In this document: positions 1 through 13,100 of the stretch, one piece after another
How positions within the stretch are numbered: position 1 is the stretch's first letter
Layout of the letters: every line of letters begins with the position of its first letter
Assembly: GCA_964187785.1 (NCBI GenBank)
Contig: OZ076409.1
Location: forward strand, 30,010,001-30,074,000
DNA from: Amphiscolops sp. MND2022
Lineage: Eukaryota
Length of the DNA: 64,000 nt
Reading direction: 5' to 3'
Translations under genes and position numbers: made by a program
The notes under the pieces: model-generated
Databases searched by the model: none
The model's input: the letters and a program-made list of their open reading frames with translations, nothing else
What the model was told of the DNA's origin: nothing

Positions 1-477
1 CAGCAAAATACGATTCTCACATTAAACCATGTTGCATTTGTGACTTTGTCTTGTCACAAAATATTTTTATGATGATTTTCACAGTTAGATGATATTTATA
101 GATCACTTCCCATTGAGATCAGAATGAAACTGAGAAAGTTCCCTGCCAAGAGATGAACATTTATCCTTGGTTACATCTTTCGTGAATCACAAATTCCGCA
201 ACCGGGGTGAGACACTTGAGGAAGTATGTGACAATGTCAAAGAAAAAGAAGCCTTGAAAAATGTACTGGCAATTACTTATGGGGATACGCTGGTGTTGAC
301 TGAGCCGAAGGATCTGACACCAGCTTTCAAATTGTAAATTTCAATTTTCGACAAAAAACACTTCTCGGGATTTCTGAACCAGTTGTTTAAACCATTTCAA
401 TCACCATTAAACTAACTAATTTGTTTAGACTTGAGCTGCGCAGGAATTTGGAGCCAACCTTTGTGGGGGTTCATCTG

Positions 478-634
478 CACTACAATACATATGCCGCAAC
501 GAACTCGCAAGATCTCGCTAGTTCGATTAACAGCCAATGAAAACGCGTTATTTCAGAATAATAACGCGTTTTCATTGGCTGGTAATCGAACTAGCAAGAT
601 CTTGCTAGATCGTTGCGGCATATGTATCGTAATG
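478..634. mobile_element. 157-bp almost fully palindromic MITE with 2-bp TG target duplication
   Basis: Left end CACTACAATACATATGCCGCAACG and right end CGTTGCGGCATATGTATCGTAATG, flanked by TG at 476-477 and 635-636. The empty site is visible in repeat unit 2 (tcatcTGtatcacttc, TG at 1946-1947). Confidence 0.9.
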
Positions 635-1104
635 TGAATCATTTCAAAAGTATCACCGACTTCTGCGACGCTTATGAATCGAAGCGTATGGATAAACACT
701 TCAGTTTATCAACAATGCAGAAAGCCTTGAGAGACACCCATTAAACAGAAAGAGACCGTTACTCAGGTTGCAATTTCCAATTCGCACTGAGAGCCAAATA
801 AAAACTACCGGGAAAAGTTATAATACCAGGAATCGACGGATATCTGGCCGATGTTGCCGCAAATGCTCCCTGTGAAATTTGTGTTCAACGAATTTTTGCG
901 CCATCACCAGAAGTCGTCTCTTTGTCCCTTGAAGTTGATTCGCATGAGCCCTGATCAGCAGCTGTCTCCCCTCTTCCCAACTTGACTCCACTTTGTCGCT
1001 ACCAGATTTGGACCCACCATCAGACCCATCTACTTCGCTGCCGCCAAAAGAAACTGCCCCCCATCAACACCGAAGAAGACAGGGAAGAAAGCGAAGTATG
1101 AGGA

Positions 1105-1320
1105 AATGACACAATGCTTGATTTGCGAAAAGGCGGCAACGGCATTGACAAGCATTTCAAATCGCATCACCCCGAATTGACTGAAGCATATATCGTCCTT
1201 CTGAAAGACTTCTTGAGGATGCAGATATTACGTGCCAACACAAAAGTGTTCTACTGCGAGGAGCATAACCGTTGCTTCAGCAACAGAGCTGGTCACAAAA
1301 GGTAAAAGCAGTGCAACCTG
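1105..1320 (+). pseudogene. Decayed exon encoding C2H2-like zinc fingers (second copy near 2423-2635)
   Basis: With a frameshift it reads MTQCLICEK..GIDKHFKSHHPEL...FYCEEHNRCFSNRAGHKR*KQC; it has an internal stop and a frameshift. Confidence 0.55.
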
Positions 1321-3261
1321 GAACAATTAGGAATTGTGCCCAACTTCCAAAGTAAAAGGTTTGTTGTGTTTTTTTCCTTTTTTGGGAGACATTTTAAAAT
1401 GAAAACGGTTAAAGTTTGGAGTTGATCTCGAGTTGAAACAAAATTCCCCTTTGTTCATTTCTTTGATTGTTCAAAAAGATAATTTTCAAGTGTCTATGAA
1501 TTTTGTTGGTGATTATAGGACAGCAAAATATCGATTTTCACATTATATCATGTTGCATTTGTGACTTTGTCTTGTCACAAAATATTTTTCTGATGATATT
1601 CACAGTTAGATGATATTTATAGATCACTTCCCATTGAGCTCAGATTGAAACTGAGGAAATTCCCTGCCAAGAGATGAACATTTATCTTCCGTGAAGGAAG
1701 TGACAATGTCAAAGAAAAGGAAGCCTTGGAAAATGTGCTGGCGATTATTTATGGGGATACGCTGGGGTTGACTGAGCCGAAGGATCTGACACCAGCTTTC
1801 AAAATGTAAATTTCAACTTTCGACAAAAAACACTTCTCGGGATTTCTAAACCAGTTTTTTTAACCATTTTAATCACCATTAAACACTATTTTGTTTAGAC
1901 TTGAGCTGCGCAAGAATTGGGAGCCAACCACTGTGGGGGTTCATCTGTATCACTTCAAAAGTATCACCGACTTCTGCGACGCTTATGAGTCGAAGCGTAT
2001 GGATAAGCAATTCAGTTTATCAACAATGCAGAAAGCCTTGAGAGACACCCATTAAACAGAAATAGACCGTTACTCAGGTTCCAATTTCCAATTCGCACTG
2101 AGAGCCAAAAAAACTACCGGGAAAGTTATAATTCCAGGAATCGACGGATATCTGGCCGATGCTGCCGCAAATGCTCCCTGTGAAATTTGTGTTCAACGAA
2201 TTTTTGAGCCACCACCGCCATCACCAGAAGTTGTCTCTTTGTCCCTTGAAGTTGATTCGCATGAGCCCTGATCAGCAGCTGTCTCCCCTCTTCCCAGTTT
2301 GACTCCACTTTGTCGCTACCAGATTTGGACCCACCATCAGACCCATCTACTTCGCTGCCGCCAAAAGAAACTGCCCCCCATCAACACCAAAGAAGACAGC
2401 GAAGAAAGCGAAGTATGACGAAATGACACAATGCTTGATTTGCGAAAAGGGGGCCAACGGCCTTGACAAGCATTTCAAGTCGCATCACCCCGAATTGACT
2501 GAAGTAGATATTGTCCTTCTGAAAGACTTCTTGAGGATGCAGATATTACATGCCAATACAAAAGTTCTACTGCGAGGAGCATAACCGTCGCTTCAGTGAC
2601 AAAGCTGGTCACAGAAGGTAAAAGCAGTGCAATTTGGAACAATTAAGAATTGTGCCCAACTTCCAAAGTAAAAGGTTTGTTGTGTTTTTTTCTTTCTTGG
2701 GAGACATTTTAAAATGAAAACGGGTAAAGTTTGGAGTTGATCTCGAGTTAAAACAAAATTCCCCTTTGTTCATTTCGTTGATTGTTCGAAAAGATAATTT
2801 TCAAGTGTCTATGAATTTTGTTGGTGATTATAGGACAGCAAAATATCGATTTTCACATTATATCATGTTGCATTTGTGACTTTGTCTTGTCACAAAATTT
2901 TTTTCTGGTGATACTAACAGATGATATTTATAGATCACTTCCCATTGAGCTCAGAATGAAACTGAGGAAGTTCCCTGCCAAGAGATGACAATTATCTTTC
3001 GTGAAGGAAGTGACACTGTCAAAGAAAAGGAAGCCTTGAAAAATGTACTGGCAATTATTTATGAGGATACGCTGGGGTTGACTGAGCCGAAGGATCTGAC
3101 ACCAGCTTTCAAAATGTAAATTTCAACTTTCGACAAAAAACACTTCTCGGGATTTCTAAACCAGTTTTGTTTAAACCATTTCAATCACCATTAAACTAAC
3201 TAATTTGTTTAGACTTGAGCTGCGCAGGAATTTGGAGCCAACCTTTGTGGGGGTTCATCTG

Positions 3262-3418
3262 CATTACAATACATATGCCGCAACGAACTCGCAAGATCTC
3301 GCTAGTTCGATTAACAGCCAATGAAAACGCGTTATTTCAGAATAATAACGCGTTTTCATTGGCTGTTAATCGAACTAGCAAGATCTTGCTAGATCGTTGC
3401 GGCATATGTATCGTAATG
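3262..3418. mobile_element. Second copy of the 157-bp palindromic MITE at the equivalent site of unit 3
   Basis: Near-identical to 478-634, with the same TG flanks at 3260-3261 and 3419-3420. Confidence 0.9.
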
Positions 3419-3541
3419 TGAATCATTTCAAAAGTATCACCGACTTCTGCGACGCTTATGAATCGAGGCGTATGGATAAACACTTCAGTTTATCCATAAT
3501 GCAGAAAGCCTTGAGACACTCGGCGGAGGTACGCAGATGCC

Positions 3542-4245
3542 ATGTCAAAGGCAAGTAATGAACGGACTAAAGAAAGATTCCACTGTGTTCCCAGCCTCAG
3601 TCAAGTGATTGCAAGACAGCAGCAGGTCATTGATGTCCTGACCAAAGATATTGAAGACAAAACTTTGCCCATGAACCACGTCAAAGTGCTGAAGTTTTCC
3701 TGCTGCAAGTCAGGTTGAACGTGCAATCTGGTCCATTACTGAACCTAAATTGGGATGTTTTCCATTTGAGTTTCACATTTAAGACTGGGCTACACGTACG
3801 AAACAAACGAACATAAAACAGGTGGGTTTTTTAATAGATTTCAAACACTATGAGTGAAATGAAAAACTCTACCAAACAGAAGTTGAATTATTTTTAATTT
3901 GCAATAATTGTTCATTTCAGGCTAGTATTACGATGTGGCAATAACTGTTGAGTCATATCAAATACTGTTCATGTTGGAGCTAAGATCCAGGATGGAGAAA
4001 GAGTATGGAAGTACTCCAAAATTTGTCTTCTCCAACAGCCGCATGACACAAGAAACAAGAATTGCCAATTTGATAATCGATTGTTTCGCCAATGAAAAAG
4101 GAGACGAAGTGCGATTCAACGCCAACTCAGTGAGAAAGTTTGGGAAAACGCGTCTCAGAAATGCGGATCGAGCCCAACCAGCGCACATTTCGTCCAAACT
4201 GCCCACTCGGAAGCCACCTCTTCAAAACAATATCGACGTAAGTCA
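3542..4245 (+). pseudogene. Degenerate tyrosine recombinase (Crypton/VLF-1-like) catalytic domain with a probable intron
   Basis: Motifs occur in order across frameshifts: LLQVRLNVQSGPLLNLNW (catalytic R position is CAA at 3724-3726, one change from CGA), FKTG, FVFSNS, FNANSVRK and QTAHSEATSSKQY. This matches the R..K..(H)xxR..H..Y arrangement. An intron-like segment ends tttcag at 3920. Confidence 0.65.
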
Positions 4246-6829
4246 TTACGTTTTTGGTTTACTTGACCGTCCGATTTGATTGCATTTGATAATTAAAACT
4301 AAAGCGAATGGATGCGATAGATGAATTGGGAGAAGCGGAAACGAGAAGGAAGCGGAAGCGGAGGAGGAAGCAACAGCAGAAGCCTCTAGTCCATAGTCCC
4401 CCGAATCCCCCAAGCAAACCCCGCGGCCAAACCCCCGGAATCGTTTATCACTAAATTCAACTCTGGATTTAAATTCAACCAAAAAGAGGTGACGACACCA
4501 GTCTGACAACAGAATTAGTGAAGATATCGAACAGACCGGAAACACTTCTCATGCAGCTAAAAAGGCCAAACAAAATTGTAACGAGACGACAGAGGTCAAG
4601 GAACGTTTCTAAAAAGCATGAAACAATAAGCGTTTCATCTAAATTAAATATTGATATATTTTGTGTTATGTTATATAATGTTATTTGTGGTATGTATTAT
4701 GTTTCATGTTTTGAATATGTTATGATTACGCACCAAATACCATAAGAGCAACAACCTAAGAACGGAATTAGAAAGTTTATTTTAAAAATCAAATATCCTG
4801 GGAAACAACCGAAACATCGAATTTTTGTAAGTTCCTCACATTTCTCATTGAACCTTTGAACTGCGAAACGTTTTCACCATTAAAACTTTCACGTATTTAC
4901 TCTGACGCTATTTGGGATTTCATCTTATGATGTATGTAGTCAGTTATATGTATGTCAGCATAATTACGTTTCATTTAATTTCCATTAGTCATGAATATAA
5001 GTTGAAAACATAACTAACCTGCGATTTTCCCCAGTCAGCTAGAAAGAGAACTGCAACTCGAAAAGGTTGATATCTTGCACTGAGTCAATTGAGAATGGGG
5101 TTTACAAAATTCTTCAACTGAAAGCAAGTAAAACATCCACCCTTGCATCTGCGCGACGAGCCAACTTGGTTATTCAAAGCCGATTGGAAGCTGCTTTTCG
5201 AGGGAACTTCAGCAATTGGGTAAAACGTATAGAGTAAAAAATTTTTGATAGAAGCATTCTATCGTGCACGTAATGAATGCTAGAAGATAAACGCACCACG
5301 CTGCAAACAATGTAAAATACATCTATTAACTACATACAGTCACTGTAGTACAGTGTATGTACAGTGTATCAAAATTGGAATGAATCACACGTATAGGTGT
5401 TAGCTGTGCTAATTTATTACTCACGTCGCTGTCTTTCGTTCGCATAATGCAGTCCTTGCTAACAATGTGAAACATCAACTTGATGCACGTGTTACTTTTC
5501 TCTGAAATTGCACAAACTTCATTAATTTATTCTCGGAGAATTTTTGCATTTTTCTCTAGAGACAACACCCTTACTATTTTTATTTTAAAATGTTGTCTTG
5601 TCATCGAAAGAATTTTGCTGGTTTTTAAAATGTTCTTTCGTAATGGGTGGCGGGGAGTTTTGGCTTTCCATACAAGGTGTCCCTGGTGGGAGTGGAGTAA
5701 ATAAGACATGGTTCCAAAGTCCGACCATGTTTTTTGTTTCCCCCACCAGGTACACCTCGTTTCTTTACCCCAAGAACCCCAGTTCAACCCCCCTCCTCAA
5801 TCATAAAACCAAATATTTGCAGGGAAAATTTCAAAAAAGATAGTTTATATCGACATCAATTGTTTACTTCGACAGAAATTTAAAAGGTCTAAATGCCTCA
5901 GATTAACTTCTAACAAATAGCGGGACAAATGAATGTGAAACGTTCAACAAACTCTTTTAGCTGCGAAAATGGAAGTTCTCGAGAAGTGAAGAAGTAGTTA
6001 AAATGAAATGAATATGAGTGCTAGATGAAATTTTCTTCTATTTCCTTTGGGGGAAGCCTCATTGGGGAATTCATAATGAAATGATATAAAAAAATGAAAA
6101 GCAGCTTTGTTGAAATGCAAATGGAAAACTCAACCAAACTTTTTAACCGCGAAGTTGGAAGTTAACAAATGAAAGTATTTAAAAAAGTGTTGATTACTGA
6201 ATGAAATCGTCTGCTCCTAGAATGGGGTAATTGAAGGAACTATAATTGAAATGAAATGAAAAATATAAATGATTGAGAAATAGCTTCTATAAATAACAGT
6301 GCTCTGATAATGAAACTTTTGGAAAAATCGAAGTGAGACATGGCTCATAACGCGCACTTTCGAATTACAGCCAATCACAAGCGAGTTTCAACTTCCAAAG
6401 TTTGATTCAATGAAGTTTCATTTCGCCGTTTGATTGCCAACTCCCCCTTCAACTTTTCTCCTTTCTGTATTTTTCCCTCCTCCCTCGCTTCTCCTTTGTA
6501 AATTTCTCTTCCGTCATCCAGTAAATTACTAGAAGATAATATCAGAATAAGAGGTGAAGTCCCGAATAACATGAGAGCAAGTAACATAAGAACTAAATTA
6601 GTTTCCAATTACATGAAAATGAAATTAGTTCCACTGAATATATAACTAAAATAGTTTACGAGAAAGATTTAGTGGTCAAAAGCATTCACTGTGTAAAAGA
6701 TTCACTGAAAAAATTATAATTACAGATAAAGCTTCGTGAGTTCGATTGTTATATTGTATGAAACTAATTTCATTATGTTAAATGGGAATAATTTCGTTTC
6801 ATGGTATTTGCTCTTGATCAGATCCGCCA

Positions 6830-7165
6830 TCATGAATTGCTCTTCTGTTTCCTGTGCCCGCATCTCTTTTTTGTCGTCATTCTCCCGCTCCCGCTGCTGT
6901 TCCTCTGTCCCCACTTCTGTCTCTTCCCTCTCCAGCTCTTCCATCTCCTGTTCCTCCTGCTCCCGCTGCTGCTCCTCTGTCCAAAAAATCTCTCCCTCTG
7001 CCGTCTTCGTCACAGTCGCCTGTTCTCCCCTCTCCTGCTCTTTAATATCTTCCTCCCACTGCTGCTCCTCTTCATTCCAATATGTCTCCCTGTCCGCTGT
7101 CCCACTGTTCGATGTCTCCTCGTCTACTGTCTCCTGTCTCCTCGCCCCCTGTCTCCTATCTCCTT
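6830..7165 (-). repeat. Low-complexity purine/pyrimidine-skewed tract; Glu/Gln-rich ORF 6720-7211 on the minus strand
   Basis: Repeated tcccgctgctg(t/c)tcctctgtcc motifs. It translates as EEQQRE repeats with no recognisable domain. Confidence 0.6.
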
Positions 7166-10100
7166 CCTTGCACGCTACACCCAGCCCCAATCGTAGACTA
7201 GTTAAAAACATTATGTCGCCATATTATAAACAATTTTCAATTTGAAACTTAAATTTTATTTTGAAAAGTCGTTGCAACATAGAAAAAGTTCAAATTATTT
7301 TACACATTTTATCTTATTTCGCTCTTCCCTCATAGATTCTTCTTCATTTTTTGAACAACTTTCCGTCGAATTTTCGCCCAATGTTTTTCCCCTTACGTTG
7401 CCCAGGAGTTTTCACTGATGAAATTCACCCTCTTAAGTTTTGTCATTCGTTTCAATTACATTTCGAAACTTCCTCTACATTTCGTTAGTGTAAATATCAA
7501 GTAAAGTTTGTAAATTATTGAAGCCAGTTAGCCTGGAAAAAGATAAGTGGTCTGTAGATAGTTTTAGTCTGTAAAACCATGTCATCCCCCCCTCTACGTA
7601 TAAAATCTAATGATCAATTTTTACTGACAGTCAATGTAAGTTGATAGAATAATGTCGACATGAATTATTTTATTGGACCAAAATTTCAACGCAATTGATG
7701 TCGACATAATGGTATTTGAACTTTCTGACTTATTAAACCTCCACGCAGTTTGGGGGGAAAGAAATGACATGATCCGATAGTTTTTAGTAAGAGTAAGTAA
7801 TTTAATGTAGTTTTATTAGAATTAGCTTGTAAAATACTTTGTATATTAGTTAGGTAGTGAATTGGGTTAGGTTTTTTGAAAGTTAGTTTTCTGTGAGATA
7901 ATTTTGAATACGTACCGAATAACATGAGTGCAAATAACATAAAATTTTATCTGTAATTTCCACTCGTTTTTGAGTGAATAATTGAGTGGTATTTGAACTA
8001 TTTTATTTTTTGTTATTTGCTGTTATGTTATTTGGTAATTCACCATAATTTTATGCAATTTTGTGAATGGAATTAGTTTGTAAGTTAGTTACTTAATGTA
8101 TTTAGTTAGTTTGTCTTTTTAGTCCAAAATTGCTCTTTAAAACGGAACTCAATTTTTCATAGAGCTCAAGAAAAGAAAAAAATTAGGCCAACTGGCGAAA
8201 AAGTGGACAAGTTCCACTGAATTTTTTTGTTATTAACTTTTAAATAATTCTGCAACTTGGTTAATATTTTTTACAGAAAGATGCGATATGTATTGATTAT
8301 TAGTAACTTTACTACAACTTGGGCCTGATTTTTATTAGTAAACGCAGTGCCAAATAACCATACGAAAAACCACCAGCTGAGAGGTTATTTTGAGTGTAGT
8401 TTGGCATGACCCTGAATCTCCACTTCCACAGGTCGCAGGGAAACGAAATTTGGAAAAATAGCATTTGACAAACTTTTAAAATCGATTGTGTATTTGCCAA
8501 CAAATGAAGCGCCGTTTCCCAATGCCTAATAGCCCCAAGTCAGGTGTCCTACACCCTCAACGACAAACTACACCCTTAACATCAGTGCAGTATTATGGGA
8601 CGTCATAGTTAGTCCAGTTCATCCAATTAACGCGCACTGCATTGGTAGCTATGAAATTGTAATGATACAGTACTAATCCTGCATGAAGTTTTCCGCCAAC
8701 GCAGTAACTGACAAATTACGCTTTCTGGTGCGAAAAGCTTTGGTGTACACTAAAAATGTAAACTTTCGCTTCGAATCTTTGTGCATAAGTTTGTGCATTT
8801 ACTGTTCATTATTCAATCGGAACCTTAAATCGGATCGTTTTGAATTGATTCCAGTCTAGTATGAATGAACCAGTCTCTCATTTGCCAACAACCGTTGCCG
8901 CAGCTTGGGGGGAATAAGAAACAGGGTGGTCGTAATAACTTGCAATGTTTGTTCGAAAATATTATTGATGTTTGTGATCGTAACTCATTTCGTCTAGAGT
9001 TTGTGGTGGCGCAATAATATTCAGTCATCGAAACAACCACAAACTCATAGAAGAAAATTTCATAGCTAACTTAACTTCCCGATGAAATTTTCTGAAACTA
9101 TTTCTGACTGAAGAAACAATTGATTGTAGTAACACACTATAGAAGAATCACGTCTCAACAATAAAGGAACAACACTAAAAATGATTGAAACATTTTTTTA
9201 CAGTTATCCGGACATATGTACGTTCATGTGTTTTATAAAATACGGAAAACTTCACAGAAAAATTGAAAAGTCTGTTTATAATTTTTGAGAGATGTGTTCA
9301 ATTTCTTCAATAACGATCAGGGCGAACACTTCTACAGAATAGCCTGGTGTACTATGGCTTCCATCTTCTATAAAAACACAAGACAGAACTAAAGAAATTA
9401 TGTTGCTTTAAAAATTATGCTCCAGAAGATTCTGACGAAAATACGTTACGTTCCAAGAAATGTAGAAAGTTTCCCATGCATTCGGTGTCAATCAAAGTGT
9501 GGACAACGCTGCAAACAATGCTGCTAAAAGCAGAGACTTTTTGACCTTAGTCACGCGAACGCAGCCACAGACGTTTCGATTTCACTAATGCGTGGATTTG
9601 GTAATATGATTAATACTAACTTAAAACGATTACATGTGACGAACGTCAAAAATATTTCAATTCCTAAACACGCGTGACAAACGTCAAAAACGTATCAATT
9701 CCTGAATACGCGTGAATCTGCAAGTGAATACAGTCCTGTGATAAAAGAATGGAACCTCTGTTTGGTAATTAAGTTTGGAACGCCTAATGAGATTGCGAAT
9801 TTCTCGAAAATAGTCAAATTTTTCAAAATGTGATAGAAATAAAGTTTCTCGGAACTTTGTCTAGTTTACATTCGTCTAATTTTGGAAGCCTTAAAACTAA
9901 TACGAGACAAGTTACCAAATAAAACTTTTACATATAGAACTTGAGAAATTGAGTTGCAGACTCTAAATAAGGAGCGGAAGCTGGTCATTATTTACTTTTT
10001 CATATTGTGCAAGGTTATCATCATTCACTAATTACACTCGAAAAGTTTTGGTACCCTAGAGCGTACATGTAAAAAGCTAATCACCAATCTATGTCTTAAA

Positions 10101-13100
10101 TCTATTCCCAATCCTAATACATGTACCCGAATATTTTCAGTGAAGATTATCGATTTTCGGACGTGTAAATACTAAGTGCCTCAGCGTTTGACAGCGCAAT
10201 CAGTGGGCAGCGATGAATCGGCAGATAAACAAAAATTAATCGAAATTGTTGGCAAATTAGCCAAAAATTGAAAACTTGGTTCGCAAATCAAATATTACAT
10301 TGAGGGGTATTGATAGGTAATTTCCCCAATATTTGTCATAGAAGTTTCAAACAAACACGAATGTAAACTAGATTAAATTTTGAGAAACTTTTATCAGAGG
10401 TGTTTCTCTTGAATATTAATAGTTTAAGAGATTGGGCAAAAAAATCCTTTATCCATTCCTTTATCACAGCACTGTATGCGAGTGAGCGTCTTGAATTGTG
10501 ATTGCGTTTGACTACAAAGACTTTCTCGTAAAGAATTTTGTATTTATGTTTCTTGAACCTCATTTTTTTTCCGATTCCCTGTCTCTTCCTTAGTAAAACG
10601 CAATTTACTTCAGATATAACGTCAAATATTCGGATATAGCGTGTATAGAAAGAGGATATATGAGAGTATAGAAACTTATAGAAAGCGTATAAAATCTGCC
10701 AATTCTCGGATCAATAAAGAAGCCACTGCTATAGTCGCTTCTATTCTTCGAAAAGGGCCGACTAAAAACCTGATACTACCGAGGTAATCGCAGAAAACCT
10801 GCATTTTTTCTTTGTGATTAATTTCGATCCATCTCAAAATTTTTTTCTCACAGTCGGTAGTTTTGATCAAGATTTACTGCGTATTGGTCGTTTTGTCTTT
10901 TGATCAAGCAGCGGAGCTTATAGTTCGACATTTGGATGCTTTCTGTCACAATTACTCAAATAGCAGTTTCACAAAATTAAAAATAGAATATGTTTAAATC
11001 TGTGTGGAATTTAAAAGATTCACTTCCGGAAGATTTATGAACGGTCAAGTCCCAAAAACTTCATTGGAAATTTCAGATGCTTTTTTGGTAATAATTGCAA
11101 TCGTAGAAATTTTTGTGAGTTCTGAAGGCTACGGTCAATACTTTGAAAAACTCAAAGGGAGTACCCTTTAGCCTCCTTGTGCTCCTTGGGTGCCCCGTAG
11201 AAGTTAGGCGTAAACTCTGTGAAAAATGGACCTTTCAGTGTGATGTTGTGGCCTGATGAAAAATCAAGACGGCAATGTCTCAAGTCTGCGCCCTGCTCAA
11301 GGTTCAAAGTTTTTGAGGCGCATAAGTTCATTTAAAATGCCCAGGGCGTTTTTCAGTAAAATCTTTCAAATATTGGATTTCCGAAAAATACCCAAAAAAG
11401 CTTTTCGTGCATCTCAATAACTGAAAACATCAAAAGAAAAACCAAATTTATGAAAAAGTTCGAAAAGTCACGCAGTACGTACCAAAAACCCGGGACACTT
11501 TACGCTCGTGGAACGTATTGCCCTACGTGGAAACCTGAAAAAAAATCGAAAAGGGGGCCCTTCGGTGAAAAATTGCTAATTTCGAGAAAAGTCGCACAGT
11601 TCCGAAAAAAACCTTATGGGGATTCTGTGATCTCATATTCGAAGCTATGTTCGATACAATGAAAAACTCAAGAGGGCTACCCTTTTAGCTTCCTTGGGTA
11701 CCCTTTAGAACTTAAAATCTGTAGAAAGTGAAGATTTTTGTTAGAGTCGCGCACTTCATTTTGAAAAATTTGTGCCGACCAAAAACTGGCTTGTGTTTTC
11801 CCATTGTTATGCCAGAAAAGACTAGTAACAAAGATTGAATGTTTTTCTCACTTTGGCAACCAGTTTTTTGCGGCACTCTGGGACAAAATTGTAGGTTCAG
11901 AAATGGCGCATTCAGCAACATTCGTCTGATGTGAGATTTTTAAATATATTTCTTTAAGGACTTAGCGCTTTTTGAGCTCAAGTGTGGCTGTGACTTTTTA
12001 CGTTCCTGTCTTGTTTTACATGTGCCACTTGAGAGACAAAGCTGTTAGACCAAGAGGCTCAATGCGGTTGTTTTTCTGGCTTTGTGCGACTTTTCGAAAT
12101 TTTTCTGTTTTATCTTTGGTTTTCTTTGATGTTTTTGGGTTAGAAAGTTTTTTTAGTACAATGGTTCCCCCTTTGAATATTTTCGCCACTTTGAGATTTT
12201 TCAGATTTCACCTTAATACTGTCCCGGATTTTCATTTAAAACATTCTGCGCTGTTTGAGCTTTGAGTGATGAGCAGACTTTGAGCTGTTCTCAGCTGGTT
12301 AGAGCATTACTATTCATAATATTCGATGGTTTAAAGAATATTTTCAATTGTGATAATCCTCGTTCAATACTTTTATTGCCCCAAATTCAGCGACGTCCTA
12401 CTGGCGCAGTAGTTGATTTACATCAGGGTCCATCTGAAAAAAGACATCCATGCAGTCTGTATTTCAAATTCAATTGCATATATTTTGGCTCCATTGGTTT
12501 TTACATACTACCGCTTTTATTGGAGGTTGTGTTCTTTGTTATAACTAATAGCGAAGCAAGAAAAGTAGAATGAATCTTCAACAGGAAATTCTAAAGCTGA
12601 GAAAGTTACTTCTGTGTGAAAAGTGTACCGCTCTGTTGGAGTGTGAAACGTAGGCCATCCTTCAGTGGATATTCATAATGAGGATACTTGTCAGTTCGCC
12701 AGGGCTCGCATCTGTCGCAAGAATCAACAAATGAACAAAAAAATCAAGCCGAGTTTAATTCTCGACCTAAAATTGAATTTGAAGAAAATAGCCAAAAAGC
12801 GAGACTTCAGGCTGACCGGCTAACATATCAACTTTTTCTCGGAAGCTGGTTATCAATTTTTATTGTCACTACAATATAATCCGTTCATAGTCATGAAAAC
12901 TAACCTGTGACCATTTCAATTGTCTTTCCAAAAATTTGCTATTTCTGTACAAGTGGTACTCAACAAAAATTGAAAAATTCGAGTTTTTGTATGATGTGCG
13001 TGCTAGAAATTGGCTCAAATTCTTTGAATTTAATTTCGTTTAAGTCTAACGGAAAATAATTAATAGAATTTATGCATGAACCCGATTTTGAGCAGTCGTC

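Larger units (their letters stand above)
1..3520 (+). repeat. Tandem triplication of a 1.3-1.5 kb unit (units start at 1, 1521, 2836; third unit truncated near 3520)
   Basis: Each unit begins cagcaaaata(t)cgatt(c/t)tcacatta and the units are collinear throughout. They contain decayed exons and GT..AG intron-like segments. Confidence 0.95.

Noticed and set aside
9630..9716. Two tandem copies of a ~38-bp unit
   Set aside because: Simple local duplication with no further structure.
11140..12300. Possible inverted-repeat element (ctcaagtctgc..ctcaag motifs, similar to about 51210-51250)
   Set aside because: The similarity is patchy, and the ends and target duplication could not be defined.
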